This document shows positions 17,252-28,332 of a stretch of DNA of 32,932 nt, one piece after another. The position numbers were made by a program, and so were the translations under genes. Positions within the stretch are counted from its first letter, which is position 1, and each line of letters begins with the position of its first letter. Below the pieces are notes generated by a model. It did not search any database. It was not told the DNA's origin and saw only the letters and a program-made list of their open reading frames with translations. The stretch is from sequence record SRR31156797_1620. The stretch is one strand, 5' to 3'.

Positions 17252-17339
17252 ATTAACTAATGACAAAAAAATTAGCAAAATTTTTCTCCCCTAAAGACGC
17301 TACATTGTCACTATAGAATGTCTAATCAGGGAACTATGT

Positions 17340-18407
17340 ATGTGTACCGACCATCAATGGATTAACAGCGCCATCCGGAAAATTGAAGCCGACTATCAAC
17401 GCTCAGCTGATACCCATCTCATTAAGTTAGATCTACCGCAACTCAGTGGCGTCGATATTTATCTTAAGGATGAAAGTACTCATCCAACAGGGTCACTCAA
17501 ACATCGTCTGGCACGTTCACTTTTTCTCTATGCGATTTGTAACGGATGGATTGGTCCAAACACCCCTATTATTGAATCATCGTCGGGAAGCACTGCAGTT
17601 TCTGAAGCATATTTTGCTCGCCTACTCGGCCTTCCCTTTATCGCGGTCATGCCAAAATGCACTGCGCGCAAAAAAATAGAGCAGATTGAGTTCTACGGTG
17701 GTCGAGCTCACTTAGTTGACAGAACAGATCAAATTTATGACGAGTCTCGCCGCCTGGCGCATGAGCTAAACGGACATTACATGGATCAGTTCACCTATGC
17801 CGAAAGAGCGACGGATTGGCGTGGCAACAGTAACATTGCCGACAGTATCTACAGCCAAATGAAGATGGAAGAACACCCTATTCCAACATGGATTGTCATG
17901 AGCCCTGGCACCGGTGGGACATCAGCAACGATTGGCCGATTTATTCGCTACCAACAATACGATACAAAACTCTGTGTCGTTGACCCCGAACACTCTGTTT
18001 TTTTCGACTATTACAAAACACGTAACTTAAGCCTAAAACTGGAATGCGGTAGCAAAATAGAAGGCATTGGTCGTCCAAGGGTCGAACCCAGCTTTATCCC
18101 AAATGTTATCGATGAGATGTTACAAATTCCAGATGCAGCAAGCATCGCAACCATCTATTGGTTAGAAAGAATATTAGGTCGAAAAGCGGGTGCATCAACA
18201 GGGACTAACTTGTATGGCGCTTTGCAGCTTGCCAGTGAAATGAAACGCAAAGGTGAAACGGGTTCAATCGTTACTCTGCTTTGTGACAGCGGAGAGCGTT
18301 ACTTGGACACTTACTACAACTCTGATTGGGTTAACGGTAATATAGGTGACTTATCGCATTATCAAGCTAAGCTTGAGGCGTTCTCGAAAACCGGAACGCT
18401 AGAATAA
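17340..18407 (+). CDS. PLP-dependent cysteine synthase-family enzyme (CdsH-like L-cysteine desulfhydrase)
   Basis: [35 protein letters not shown] and [13 protein letters not shown]. Confidence 0.9.
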   Translation: MCTDHQWINSAIRKIEADYQRSADTHLIKLDLPQLSGVDIYLKDESTHPTGSLKHRLARSLFLYAICNGWIGPNTPIIESSSGSTAVSEAYFARLLGLPFIAVMPKCTARKKIEQIEFYGGRAHLVDRTDQIYDESRRLAHELNGHYMDQFTYAERATDWRGNSNIADSIYSQMKMEEHPIPTWIVMSPGTGGTSATIGRFIRYQQYDTKLCVVDPEHSVFFDYYKTRNLSLKLECGSKIEGIGRPRVEPSFIPNVIDEMLQIPDAASIATIYWLERILGRKAGASTGTNLYGALQLASEMKRKGETGSIVTLLCDSGERYLDTYYNSDWVNGNIGDLSHYQAKLEAFSKTGTLE

Positions 18408-18434
18408 TGTCACTGAGCCTAACGGAGCTGTTTT

Positions 18435-18902
18435 GTGAACGTAAAGATTGTAGAGTTCAAACCAAGAAAAGTTGCTGTATATGAGCACCGAGGAGCACCT
18501 GAAGAGTTGATGAACAGTGTTGCTGCGTTTGTTGAATGGAGAAAAGAGACGGGCTTATCGCCTATTGCCTCCAGCGAAACATTCGGCATTCCATACAGTG
18601 ACCCAGCAAACACCGACAAAGCGCTTTTTCGTTTCGATATTGCCGGAACTGTTGCAGAAGATATTCCGGATAACCGTTTTGGTGTTAAAAACGGTACGAT
18701 CCCCGCCGCGAGATGTGCTGTGATCAGGCATTTCGGTAACTTAGATTTGATCAGTCAGACCGTTTACTCACTGTATCAAAATTGGTTACCTCAAAGTGGT
18801 GAACAAGCCAGTGGGGCTCCCTGTTTTTTTCACTACTTAAACATCAGCCCAGAAACCGACAAAAACACGTTACAGACTGACGTTTACTTACCATTAAAAT
18901 AA
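18435..18902 (+). CDS. Stand-alone GyrI-like small-molecule-binding protein
   Basis: EHRGAP, FGIPYSDP, FRFDI, LYQNWLPQSGE and TDVYLPLK. SD GGAG before the GTG start. Confidence 0.88.
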   Translation: MNVKIVEFKPRKVAVYEHRGAPEELMNSVAAFVEWRKETGLSPIASSETFGIPYSDPANTDKALFRFDIAGTVAEDIPDNRFGVKNGTIPAARCAVIRHFGNLDLISQTVYSLYQNWLPQSGEQASGAPCFFHYLNISPETDKNTLQTDVYLPLK

Positions 18903-18922
18903 AGGTGCCATTGGCACCTTTA
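18896..18922. terminator. Bidirectional intrinsic terminator
   Basis: TAAAGGTGCC-ATT-GGCACCTTTA between convergent genes. Confidence 0.7.
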
Positions 18923-18926
18923 CTCG

Positions 18927-19241
18927 TTATTTCTGTTTGGCTTCAAAAGCAGCAAGCTGTTCAGGTGTTGCTGGTAGCTGATGATTCGTTTTCCACTCAT
19001 CGTAAGTCATGCCATAGATTCGCTCACGGGCATCATCGATTGAGATATCTGCACCTGAATTTTCCGCTTCTGCTTGGTACCACTTACAAAAACAGTTTCT
19101 GCAAAAGCCGGCTAAGATCATCAAATCAATATTTTGTACATCTTTGTTGTCATCTAAATGTGCTAACAAACGACGGAACACCGCTGCATCCAGCTTATCT
19201 TGTTCTTCTTGGCTTAGGTTTTTATATTTAAATTCTGCCAC
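18927..19241 (-). CDS. DUF1244-family protein
   Basis: AAVFRRLLAHL, DVQNIDLMILAGFCRNC and IYGMTYDEWK. Start moved to GTG 19241. Confidence 0.88.
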   Translation of the reverse strand: MAEFKYKNLSQEEQDKLDAAVFRRLLAHLDDNKDVQNIDLMILAGFCRNCFCKWYQAEAENSGADISIDDARERIYGMTYDEWKTNHQLPATPEQLAAFEAKQK

Positions 19242-19302
19242 AATACTTTCCCTTCTCATTATTATACATAAAGCTGTAATTAACGGCCCCATAATGCCAA
19301 TA

Positions 19303-19331
19303 ACAAAACGCCCAAGGCAAGCTTGGGCGTT
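19303..19331 (-). terminator. Intrinsic terminator after the Tim44 gene
   Basis: AACGCCCAAG-N5-CTTGGGCGTT followed by a T-rich tract on minus. Confidence 0.7.
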
Positions 19332-19362
19332 AAAAATCATTACATTGTACCGGCTAGAATAA

Positions 19363-20241
19363 TTAAGCCTGAATCCCAACAATCAACCAAGGCGCATTAG
19401 GAACCGTAAGATCACGCTCTAGGTGCCAGATATCCGTAATATCTTCTTCTACATTCTCTACCGCATCACGGTAGCGACCGCTAAACTGCAAGCTTAATTG
19501 AGCTTTGTTTGCATCGTAGTCAGCGCGAACAATTTCAGCATCAACGTACATCACATCAGTGTGCTGCTCGCCTTCTAGCTTTGCACGCTCTTCTTGCAGA
19601 TCAGCGAACAAGCTTGGAGATACGTACTCTTCAATCGTCTCTAGTTGGTTATGGTTCCATGCACCTTGTAGGATGCGGTAGTGTTCACGAGAACCATTAA
19701 CAAACGATGATTGATCGAAGCCCGGTGGGTAGTTGTGCGGAACATCGCTGTGCGCGTTGCTACCAAAACCGCCACTAGCTTGTGGTTGTTCAAAGTTATG
19801 AACATTCGGTTGCTCGTAGGCATTGCGGTTCATACCACCAAAAGCAGGTTGATTTTGCTGCCCATGGTTAATACTGCCCTGCTTAGCACCCAACATGCCA
19901 CGTAAGAATTTAAACGCAAAGAACGCAATCAAACCCATGATCAAGATATCAAGGAATTGAATACCTTCAAATGCGCCACCGAAAAATGCAGCCAATAAAC
20001 CACCAGCTAATAAACCACCTAACAGACCGCCCATTAGCCCTTTACGGCCACTGTTTTGTGCAGCTTTCGTGGTGTCTTTGCTATTCAATGTGCTGGTGTT
20101 TTGGTTTTGTTGCTTAGGCGCTGGAGCCGTTTTAAAGCTTTTACCAAATGACTTACCGCCACCGAATTTCTTCGCTTCAGCTACAGGAGTAACTGCAACA
20201 GAAATCATCAGTAGGGCGACAAGCGAAAACAGACGTTTCAT
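19363..20241 (-). CDS. Tim44-domain membrane protein
   Basis: AEAKKFGGGKSFG, Gly-rich TM segment, LQGAWN and WHLER...WLIVGIQ. Start moved to ATG 20241 (SD AAGGA). Confidence 0.88.
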   Translation of the reverse strand: MKRLFSLVALLMISVAVTPVAEAKKFGGGKSFGKSFKTAPAPKQQNQNTSTLNSKDTTKAAQNSGRKGLMGGLLGGLLAGGLLAAFFGGAFEGIQFLDILIMGLIAFFAFKFLRGMLGAKQGSINHGQQNQPAFGGMNRNAYEQPNVHNFEQPQASGGFGSNAHSDVPHNYPPGFDQSSFVNGSREHYRILQGAWNHNQLETIEEYVSPSLFADLQEERAKLEGEQHTDVMYVDAEIVRADYDANKAQLSLQFSGRYRDAVENVEEDITDIWHLERDLTVPNAPWLIVGIQA

Positions 20242-20364
20242 ACTTTTCCTTAACGTTGACGTTATTTTGAGTGCCAGGATGCTGTAACACATCATATCCA
20301 CTTAATTAAAACAATTAAATGGCTTTAACCAGAGTACTTGTATCAGAATATTGCAAAGCTGACG

Positions 20365-20413
20365 TTGACGCTGATAGTTTGCATAATTAGAATATTGAAC
20401 GTTGTTCATTATT
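20365..20413 (+). promoter_or_regulatory. Sigma70 promoter with overlapping inverted repeat (probable TetR autoregulatory operator)
   Basis: TTGACG-17bp-TAGAAT; AATATTGAAC-N3-GTTCATTATT at 20391-20413. Confidence 0.65.
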
Positions 20414-20425
20414 TTTATATATCCC

Positions 20426-21022
20426 ATGGCGAGAAGAAACGATCATACCAGAGAAGAGCTTATTTCCCTTACCCTAAATTCGGTAAAGGTTTTCCTTAAT
20501 GACCACTCATACCATGAGTTAAGTCTGCGTAAAGTAGCAAATATGATTGGTTATGTTCCAAGTACCTTAGTGAACGTGTTTGGTAACTACAATTTGTTAC
20601 TTTTACACGTCGTGGCTCAAACACTGGATGAACTCGCTCTGGAAGCTAAGTCTGTCGTTAGCCAATGTGAAAATTCCGAGCAGGCTCTCTATGAGTTGGC
20701 GTATTGTTATCACGACTTTGCCCAAAACAACCCTCATCGCTGGCAACTTATCTTTGAACATAACATGAACGGTGAGGAACTGCCTGAATGGCAGAATGAG
20801 AGAATCAATCATATGACGAGCATGCTTGAAGAGTTACTTGCTTTAATTGCCCCACAACGCAACTCAAGTGAAGTATTACAAGCAAGCCGAGTATTATGGT
20901 CCGGTGTCCATGGCATTACACTATTAAGTGTGGATGATAAATTTTTTGCTAATGAACCGATTGATGGTAAAAAACTTATCGAAAACTTACTATCTAACTA
21001 TCTCAGCAACTGGTCACGTTAA
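20426..21022 (+). CDS. TetR/AcrR-family regulator (WHG-type C-terminus)
   Basis: HTH LSLRKVANMIGYVPSTLVNVF and LWSGVHG. Start ATG 20426. Confidence 0.9.
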   Translation: MARRNDHTREELISLTLNSVKVFLNDHSYHELSLRKVANMIGYVPSTLVNVFGNYNLLLLHVVAQTLDELALEAKSVVSQCENSEQALYELAYCYHDFAQNNPHRWQLIFEHNMNGEELPEWQNERINHMTSMLEELLALIAPQRNSSEVLQASRVLWSGVHGITLLSVDDKFFANEPIDGKKLIENLLSNYLSNWSR

Positions 21023-21031
21023 GGACATTGG

Positions 21032-22903
21032 ATGTCGCCACAGCACCCTTCGCTGCTAAAACAGCGACGTTTTTTACCCTATTTTGTGACGCAGTTTTTC
21101 GGCGCTTTTAACGACAATATTTTTAAAAACGTTCTATTGTTGTTTGTCGCTTTTTCTGGGAGTGGTGCTTTACCTATTTCTAGCCATCTATTTATCAATC
21201 TGGCGGCTGGTCTCTTTATTCTTCCTTTTTTTCTATTTTCAGCGTCTGCGGGTGTTCTCGCTGATAAATACGAAAAGTCCTGGTTTATCCGTAAAGTTAA
21301 GCTGATCGAAATTGCCATTATGTGCTTAGGTGCTATCGGCTTTATCACCGAAAGCTATTTAGTATTGCTGTTAATGCTATTTTTAATGGGCACCCAATCC
21401 GCCTTTTTCGGCCCAGTAAAATACGCCCTTTTGCCGCAACAACTTAAGGCAAACGAACTCGTGAATGGTAACGCCTTAGTGGAAGCTGGAACGTTCGTCG
21501 CGATTTTACTTGGTACAATTGGCGCGGGTTTCATCGCTTCTGCCGACGATGCAAAATACATCGCGGCCGGTGCCGTCGTTTTGTTTTCAGTCTGCGGATA
21601 TATCGCTAGCCGGAACATACCCAACTCACCCGCAGGTAACCCAAATATTCACTTCGCCTGGCGGCCTATTCGACAAACCCGCAATACTTTATCAATCGGT
21701 CGAAGTGACCGGGTTATTTTCCTGTGCATCATGGCAATCAGCTGGTTTTGGTTTTTAGGCGCAACCTATCTCACTCAGTTTCCTAACTTCACCAAACTAC
21801 ATTTGAACGGCACAGAAAGCGCGGTCTCTTTTTTACTGGCGTTATTTTCTGTCGGTATCGCAGTGGGGTCGCTCAGTTGCGACAAGCTTTCCCGTCACCG
21901 AATAGAGATCGGCATCGTCCCAATTGGCAGCTTAGGTATTACGGTGTTTGGCTACTTAATGGCGACCAGTATTCCAGATTCCTTACCAATTTTTCATCAG
22001 TTTAGCGAGTTTGTGCTTTATCGCGAACTGTGGCCATTGTTCTGCTATCTGTTATTGCTTGGAGCATCGGGAGGGCTATTTATTGTTCCTCTGTATGCGT
22101 TGATGCAACAACGAGCCAAAATCACCGAGCGGGCACAGGTTATTGCGGCATTAAACATTTACAATTCTCTGTTTATGGTGGGCAGCGCGATTTTAGGCAT
22201 TGTCTGCCTGTCTCTGATGGAACTGACCATTCCACAGCTTTTTACGCTTATCGCTATCGTCAATATCCTGATGGCGGCTTTTGTATTCCTACACGTCCCT
22301 ATTTTTGTCGTCAGGCTACTCGTTTGGGCACTGACTCATACCATTTACCGAGTCAAACATACCAATCTAAACAACATCCCAGAACATGGTGGGGCTTTGA
22401 TTGTCTGTAATCATGTCAGTTATATGGATGCACTGCTGCTGAGTGCAGCCAGCCCACGTTTGATTCGTTTTGTTATGGAAGAAGAATATGCTTCGTTACC
22501 AGTTTTACGTGGTTTTCTAAAACGTGCTGGCGTGATCCCTATCTGTGCTAAAAATAAACGTTCTATCCTTCGTGCGTTCAACGAAGTTGAACAAGCTCTT
22601 AATGAAGGTCATTTAGTGTGCATTTTCCCTGAGGGTCGACTCACCAGCGATGGTGAGATGAATACCTTCATGCGCGGGTTAGACATCATCTTAAAACGCA
22701 GCCCGGTACCTGTTATCCCAATGGCTCTAAAAGGCTTATGGGGCAGTTACTTTAGTCGTTGCAAAGGAAGAGCCTGTAAGGGGCTTCCTACTCGCTTTTG
22801 GTCTCGAATAGAAATCGTTGCGGGACCTGCCGTTTCACCACAAGACGCAACAGCGGAGAATATGTTCCAGCAGGTATCGGACTTACGCGGTCGCGTTCAA
22901 TAG
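21032..22903 (+). CDS. LplT-like MFS transporter fused to a PlsC-type acyltransferase
   Basis: TQFFGAFNDN and FFGPVKY in the MFS part; NHVSYMD and IFPEG acyltransferase motifs. Confidence 0.9.
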   Translation: MSPQHPSLLKQRRFLPYFVTQFFGAFNDNIFKNVLLLFVAFSGSGALPISSHLFINLAAGLFILPFFLFSASAGVLADKYEKSWFIRKVKLIEIAIMCLGAIGFITESYLVLLLMLFLMGTQSAFFGPVKYALLPQQLKANELVNGNALVEAGTFVAILLGTIGAGFIASADDAKYIAAGAVVLFSVCGYIASRNIPNSPAGNPNIHFAWRPIRQTRNTLSIGRSDRVIFLCIMAISWFWFLGATYLTQFPNFTKLHLNGTESAVSFLLALFSVGIAVGSLSCDKLSRHRIEIGIVPIGSLGITVFGYLMATSIPDSLPIFHQFSEFVLYRELWPLFCYLLLLGASGGLFIVPLYALMQQRAKITERAQVIAALNIYNSLFMVGSAILGIVCLSLMELTIPQLFTLIAIVNILMAAFVFLHVPIFVVRLLVWALTHTIYRVKHTNLNNIPEHGGALIVCNHVSYMDALLLSAASPRLIRFVMEEEYASLPVLRGFLKRAGVIPICAKNKRSILRAFNEVEQALNEGHLVCIFPEGRLTSDGEMNTFMRGLDIILKRSPVPVIPMALKGLWGSYFSRCKGRACKGLPTRFWSRIEIVAGPAVSPQDATAENMFQQVSDLRGRVQ

Positions 22904-23015
22904 TAATACTAATCTATATGTTCAACTTTACTTAACATATGTTCAATACATTAAGATTTTCTGACCGTATCATTTTCGCTACAATGCGATTCTTAATTGA
23001 GAAGCGGTAACGATC

Positions 23016-23942
23016 ATGAACATAAAGCTGACTCATCTGCCTTTCTGGCTAGCGGGTATATTTTGCTTAACGCCTTGGATAACATCACCCAGTGCATTGG
23101 TGATTGGCTTTTTGGCTGCTTCTCTTGGTTGGGTTCCTTCCCATGTCCCTATCGCTAAACTCACCAAAAAGTTACTGGCTTACTCTATTGTAGGTTTAGG
23201 TTTTGGTATTCCATTACAGCAGGCATTGACGGTGACAAGTGACGGTATTGGTCTGATCCTAGTCACCATTGGTGGTACGTTAATCATTGGTACCATCGCG
23301 GCTAAAGCAATCGGCCTCGAGAAAAAGACTGGCCATTTAATTGCGTCAGGCACCGCCATTTGTGGTGGCAGTGCCATTGCCGCCGTCGCGCCCGCCATCA
23401 ATGCTGATGACGATCAAACCGGTTTAGCGTTAGGTACCGTATTCGTACTTAATTCGATCGCTTTGTTCATCTTCCCTATGATTGGCCACGCTTTGAATTT
23501 GGACCAGCACACATTTGGTACTTGGGCCGCTATCGCCATTCATGACACATCATCGGTAGTCGGAGCCGCGTCGGCTTACGGAGAAGAGGCATTAAAAACA
23601 GCGACCACATTAAAATTGGCCCGTGCTTTATGGATTATTCCTGTCGCGCTGATTAGTGCTTGGATGTTTAAAAGCGGTTCTAAGAAGCTGACGATTCCCT
23701 ACTTCATACTCTTCTATTGCGTCGCAATTGGCTTTAGTGATTTGTTCCCTCAATGGGAAACGCTCTATCAGGGTGTGTTTTCTGTGGCTAAGCAAGCGTT
23801 AGTGGTTTGCTTATTCTTGATTGGATGCAGTATTTCACCGGAGAAACTCAAAGCTTCAGGTCCAAAACCGCTGCTGTTTGGCATTACTCTGTGGGTGGTG
23901 ATATCGGTGACGTCGTTGAGCTGGCTTGTTTTGACTGCTTAA
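23016..23942 (+). CDS. YeiH-family membrane protein (putative sulfate exporter)
   Basis: [26 protein letters not shown] and KLARALWI. Confidence 0.92.
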   Translation: MNIKLTHLPFWLAGIFCLTPWITSPSALVIGFLAASLGWVPSHVPIAKLTKKLLAYSIVGLGFGIPLQQALTVTSDGIGLILVTIGGTLIIGTIAAKAIGLEKKTGHLIASGTAICGGSAIAAVAPAINADDDQTGLALGTVFVLNSIALFIFPMIGHALNLDQHTFGTWAAIAIHDTSSVVGAASAYGEEALKTATTLKLARALWIIPVALISAWMFKSGSKKLTIPYFILFYCVAIGFSDLFPQWETLYQGVFSVAKQALVVCLFLIGCSISPEKLKASGPKPLLFGITLWVVISVTSLSWLVLTA

Positions 23943-24078
23943 TACTAATACTTAAAACAATCACCAGTAAGAATGCACACAGCTCTGCAATTGACTTCAC
24001 CCACCCAGTTTGAGTCAGTGCAACCAAAAGTTGTAGTGCAATCGTGGCAATTAAAAGGCCTTTAAATATTGAAGCCAT
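23884..24078 (-). CDS. Small two-TM hypothetical protein
   Basis: SD GAGGG, ATG start and two hydrophobic segments. The tail overlaps the yeiH 3' end by 59 nt. Confidence 0.5.
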   Translation of the reverse strand: MASIFKGLLIATIALQLLVALTQTGWVKSIAELCAFLLVIVLSISIKQSKQASSTTSPISPPTE

Positions 24079-24178
24079 AGTCTGAAACCCTCGAAAATCT
24101 CAGTCTATTATGCTCTTGAGTTATAAGATGCGAAATTCTGTTTTGGACTATCTCATAACTGGTTTTCAATATTCCCTT

Positions 24179-25615
24179 TTATGCCAGAGGTTCGTATTGC
24201 GCTTGGGCAGCAAAAAACCACTTTTTTAACTCGCTGCGAGAAACTTTAATACCGGTCTCGCGAAGGCTATTTGGCATTGAAAAACAATCCATTGGCCATT
24301 TAAATTTTTCTAACTTGCCCTTACACCAATGATCACAATCCTGTTGAGTAAAGTGCTTATCACTGCAAATAACGGCAATAGGTCGGGCGCCAAACTCTTT
24401 ATCTTGAACCGGAATAACCATCGCTAGTTCGACATCCGCGTGCTGATTTAATACCGCTTCAATCTCTTCACAGTGGACATTTTCCCCACCAGAGATAAAC
24501 AAGTTATCCGCTCGTCCAGTGATCACGAGTTCATCACCCTGCCACAGACCCAGGTCTTTTGTATCGAACCAACCACTTTCATCGGTTAATGGCTGTATCT
24601 GCCCCTGATAGAAGTAACCACTCGCCAACGTTTTACCCGCGACATAAATGGTGTTGTTGTTTATTTTCAGTGCGCGTTCTGCAAGCAATCGCCCCGCTGT
24701 TAATGTCTCATCAATTTGTTTGGCGGTCACCGTCGAAGCCGCTTCTGTCATGCCGTAACCGAGCCAGGTTTCGATTCCTAATTGAGCCGCCTGCTGAGCT
24801 AAACTATGAGGAATGTGGCTTCCCCCAAGCAACACATGAGACAGAGTAAGTGTTTGCTCACTATCAAGTAGCCTTTTTAGCTGCGTGGGCACGAGTGAAG
24901 CGTGTGTTACTCCGTCAATATCCAGAGCGAGATCGCCTGAACCTATCTTTAAACAAGCCCCAGCGTGCAACCATCGATACACTATCGCTAATCCCGAGAC
25001 GTGATAGAGAGGTAAACTCAACAACCAGCGATCTTGGTTATCAAAACGAAAGACCTCAAGTAATCCTCGTGCTGATGCGAAATGTTGTGAATGAGCATGG
25101 GTAACCGCTTTGGGAATACCGGTAGAGCCGGAAGTGAATATAATCGTCGCCAGAGTAAGGGTTTGATAAGCCTTGCTCGTTGTTGGAGGAACATTATGCT
25201 GATAAGCAATTTGCTTAACAGGTCGACCAATCGATTCGATGTCTGTGAAGTCGAACTCACAGTGAGGAGCCAACCAAATGTATGCGGTGTGCTCTGGTTG
25301 ATATAGGGTTTCTAGTTTAGTCGCAAATTGTGCCAAGGGTTGAGGCATAACAAACGAGCAAACAACGCCGTGTTGAAATGCAGCAAGCAGCCAAAAAATC
25401 ATTTCGGGATGATTCTTTCCGACTAACGTAAGTACGTCACCCGCTTTCATTCCCTGCTGAGATAGAGACGCCTGATAGCACGCCACTCTGTCGCACAGTT
25501 GCTGCCAAGTCAGGTCTTCACGGCTATTTTTTGAGGTAGATAAACTCAGTGCCACCTGATTAGGGTGGCACTGTTTATGACGTTCCCAAGGCGTTAAGCT
25601 TGTTCTGACGACCAA
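24179..25615 (-). CDS. menE: o-Succinylbenzoate-CoA ligase
   Basis: AMP-binding motifs FTSGSTGIPKAV, YGMTE and GRADNLFISGGEN; last gene of the men operon. Confidence 0.95.
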   Translation of the reverse strand: MVVRTSLTPWERHKQCHPNQVALSLSTSKNSREDLTWQQLCDRVACYQASLSQQGMKAGDVLTLVGKNHPEMIFWLLAAFQHGVVCSFVMPQPLAQFATKLETLYQPEHTAYIWLAPHCEFDFTDIESIGRPVKQIAYQHNVPPTTSKAYQTLTLATIIFTSGSTGIPKAVTHAHSQHFASARGLLEVFRFDNQDRWLLSLPLYHVSGLAIVYRWLHAGACLKIGSGDLALDIDGVTHASLVPTQLKRLLDSEQTLTLSHVLLGGSHIPHSLAQQAAQLGIETWLGYGMTEAASTVTAKQIDETLTAGRLLAERALKINNNTIYVAGKTLASGYFYQGQIQPLTDESGWFDTKDLGLWQGDELVITGRADNLFISGGENVHCEEIEAVLNQHADVELAMVIPVQDKEFGARPIAVICSDKHFTQQDCDHWCKGKLEKFKWPMDCFSMPNSLRETGIKVSRSELKKWFFAAQAQYEPLA

Positions 25616-26589
25616 ATCAGTTCCTGATCTTCAAGTTGTTGTAGTGGGATCTCACAACCCGGCCACGGTGTCACTAACTGAGCTTTGAAAAGCCCAACGG
25701 TATCCAGACCCGGAATTTCATCAGGAAGCAGCCATTTAGACAGACGAGCAAGCTGAGTTAGCGCTAAGCTTGATTCAATGCTTGAACTGACAACCGCCTG
25801 TATATTGAGTGCGCGTGCTTTCTCAATCAGTGCTTTACAACGGCCAATTGAACCCACAATCGTTGGTTTGATGATGATCGCTTTCGCTCCAACCATCTGC
25901 TCCAAACTGAAATCATCATCACGAACAGAATGTTGTAAGGTTTCATCCCAAGCAATACCAATGCCCGTATCGATAGCAAAGGTCAAACTGTCGCTAGGAG
26001 ACTCACAAGGCTCTTCTAGATAAGCAATACGACCACGACGAGACGGTGCGACATACTGCGCAAACTTAGCGGCTTGCTCACGAGTCCATTTACGGTTGGC
26101 GTCTAAGCGAAGTTGTAAGTCTGGCATCGATTCTAAGAACAAATTCACCAACATACCGTCGCGTACTGGCTCATACAAACCGACTTTAATCTTGGCGACT
26201 TTCTTACCCGGCATATTGTTCAGTGCTGGGATCAAATCATCAGGATCGCCAGTACACAACGGTGCTGCATGGTATTCCCCTTCTTCAGGTAATCCACCAG
26301 CCAGTTCCAACTCGGCCATGGAGAGTCCAAAAGCCACCGATGGGAACATGCCCTGATAATTAAACTCTTGTCCCTGAACCCAAAGCTCTAAGTGTTCTTT
26401 TGCAAGAGCTCCGGCTTCATTCGGCCCTTCAAAGCTGAAACCTTTTAAAGGTGCAATTTCACCTAAGCCTGTTTTGCCATTTTCGCTAAGCTCGACGACA
26501 AAGCCGTCACGTACAGTTAATTTTTCATCACGAAGAATAACGCCGCTATCCATCGGCAATGAATAGCGGTACAGTTTTGCACTGCGCAT
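25594..26589 (-). CDS. menC: o-Succinylbenzoate synthase
   Basis: KVAKIKVG, LRLDANR, EEP, WDE and PGLDT. Start ATG 26589. Confidence 0.95.
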   Translation of the reverse strand: MRSAKLYRYSLPMDSGVILRDEKLTVRDGFVVELSENGKTGLGEIAPLKGFSFEGPNEAGALAKEHLELWVQGQEFNYQGMFPSVAFGLSMAELELAGGLPEEGEYHAAPLCTGDPDDLIPALNNMPGKKVAKIKVGLYEPVRDGMLVNLFLESMPDLQLRLDANRKWTREQAAKFAQYVAPSRRGRIAYLEEPCESPSDSLTFAIDTGIGIAWDETLQHSVRDDDFSLEQMVGAKAIIIKPTIVGSIGRCKALIEKARALNIQAVVSSSIESSLALTQLARLSKWLLPDEIPGLDTVGLFKAQLVTPWPGCEIPLQQLEDQELIWSSEQA

Positions 26590-26609
26590 AGTAAACCTAA
26601 TTCCATTTG

Positions 26610-26642
26610 TTACTGGTGAGCACAAACAGCCCTCACCAGTAA
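26610..26642. other. Intercistronic stem-loop between menB and menC
   Basis: TTACTGGTGAG-N11-CTCACCAGTAA with no U-tract on the coding strand. Confidence 0.6.
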
Positions 26643-26651
26643 GCTTAATAC

Positions 26652-27518
26652 TTATGGGTTGCGAGGGAACTTGTTAAAGTCCGGACGACGTTTTTCATTG
26701 AACGCATTGCGTCCTTCTTGTCCCTCGTCAGTCATGTAGAACAGCATGGTTGCATTACCTGCTAGTTCTTGTAAGCCAGCTTGTCCGTCACAATCTGCGT
26801 TTAACGCCGCTTTCAAACAGCGAATCGCCATTGGGCTATGCTGTAGCACTTCACGACACCAACGAATGCTCTCTTTTTCCAGCTCTTCGACTGGTACGAC
26901 GGTATTTACAAGTCCCATGTCTAATGCTTCTTGAGCATCGTAGAAACGACACAGGAACCAAATTTCACGTGCTTTCTTTTGGCCAACAATTCGCGCCATG
27001 TATGAAGCGCCCCAACCACCATCGAACGAGCCCACTTTTGGCCCGGTTTGACCAAACTGTGCGTTTTCAGCAGCGATGGTTAAATCACACATCATATGCA
27101 GAACATGACCACCACCAACAGCCCATCCTGCAACAGCAGCAATCACTGGTTTTGGACAAGTACGGATCTGACGTTGGAAGTCTAATACATTTAGGTGATG
27201 AGTGCCCGATTCGTCTTTGTAACCGCCGTAGTCACCACGTATTTTTTGATCACCGCCCGAACAGAAAGCATCTTCACCCAAACCAGTTAGAATGATAACG
27301 CCTACACCTTCGTCATAACGCGCATCCGCCAATGCGTTGATCATTTCTTTAACGGTTTGAGGACGAAATGCGTTACGAACTTGCGGACGAGCAATGGTGA
27401 TCTTCGCAATACCGTCTTCTGATTTATGGTAATGAATATCTTCGAAGCTACCAGTACAATCGTGCCATACTGCCGGTGCGTAAAGTTCTTCTTCTGAAAT
27501 GCCTACTGTTTTAGCCAT
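26652..27518 (-). CDS. menB: 1,4-Dihydroxy-2-naphthoyl-CoA synthase
   Basis: [17 protein letters not shown] and [13 protein letters not shown]. Confidence 0.98.
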   Translation of the reverse strand: MAKTVGISEEELYAPAVWHDCTGSFEDIHYHKSEDGIAKITIARPQVRNAFRPQTVKEMINALADARYDEGVGVIILTGLGEDAFCSGGDQKIRGDYGGYKDESGTHHLNVLDFQRQIRTCPKPVIAAVAGWAVGGGHVLHMMCDLTIAAENAQFGQTGPKVGSFDGGWGASYMARIVGQKKAREIWFLCRFYDAQEALDMGLVNTVVPVEELEKESIRWCREVLQHSPMAIRCLKAALNADCDGQAGLQELAGNATMLFYMTDEGQEGRNAFNEKRRPDFNKFPRNP

Positions 27519-28332
27519 GGTTATTCCCAATATTGTTGTCTCTCACTTCTTGTGGGAGTGAGTCTATGAATATTTGAATAGTCTGAGCAAAAGCTTCAGG
27601 TTGCTCTTGATGAACATTGTGCCCTGCGCTACTGATTTGACTATATACCAGCCCACTTTGTTCTGCGAGTTGGCAAAATTTGTTGTCTTTGGCTCCACAC
27701 ACATATTGCATTGGCAACGGTAGGTCCTGTAACGCGGGTAACAGGTACGGTTGGTGAGCCAAGGAAGTAGATAACAACATGTTTGCTACCTTTTCCCCAA
27801 GGTTAGCACTACGCTTTGTGATCAGAGTTTGTCTTTGCTCATCATTTAGTGAACTAAACACAGGTTGCCGATACCAATCGCTCAATACCTGTTCAATGGG
27901 TTCAATCCTAAACCGATTGGCCCACTGAGTATCATTATCCCAACGCGCTTTACGCTCTTGCTCTGTTCGCAAACCAACATTGCCGCCTTCAATCACAATA
28001 CCCTGTAAGTTAACGTCGGCAAATAGACCCAAGCAAGCCCCTAACATAGCGAGCCTACCACCAAGAGAATAGCCGACCAAAATGACAGGAACACTCTGCC
28101 CAAGTTGAGTGAGGATTGTGTGAGTAATTTTTTGACAGCAATCGGAGAAGTCTGTGCATCCAACAGTTGCACTTTGACCATGGCCGGGTAAATCAATCGC
28201 CAGCCATGGCTGTTCTGGCAGGCATTGCAATGTCCCTTCCCAATCCTCGCCACTACCCAATAACCCGTGCAGTAATACCAACACAGGTTTATCTGAAGTG
28301 ACAGGCGTTGAAGAAGAATAGCTATAAAGCAT
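27511..28332 (-). CDS. menH: SHCHC synthase
   Basis: Alpha/beta-hydrolase motifs [14 protein letters not shown] and AGHNVH; men operon position. Confidence 0.93.
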   Translation of the reverse strand: MLYSYSSSTPVTSDKPVLVLLHGLLGSGEDWEGTLQCLPEQPWLAIDLPGHGQSATVGCTDFSDCCQKITHTILTQLGQSVPVILVGYSLGGRLAMLGACLGLFADVNLQGIVIEGGNVGLRTEQERKARWDNDTQWANRFRIEPIEQVLSDWYRQPVFSSLNDEQRQTLITKRSANLGEKVANMLLSTSLAHQPYLLPALQDLPLPMQYVCGAKDNKFCQLAEQSGLVYSQISSAGHNVHQEQPEAFAQTIQIFIDSLPQEVRDNNIGNNHG

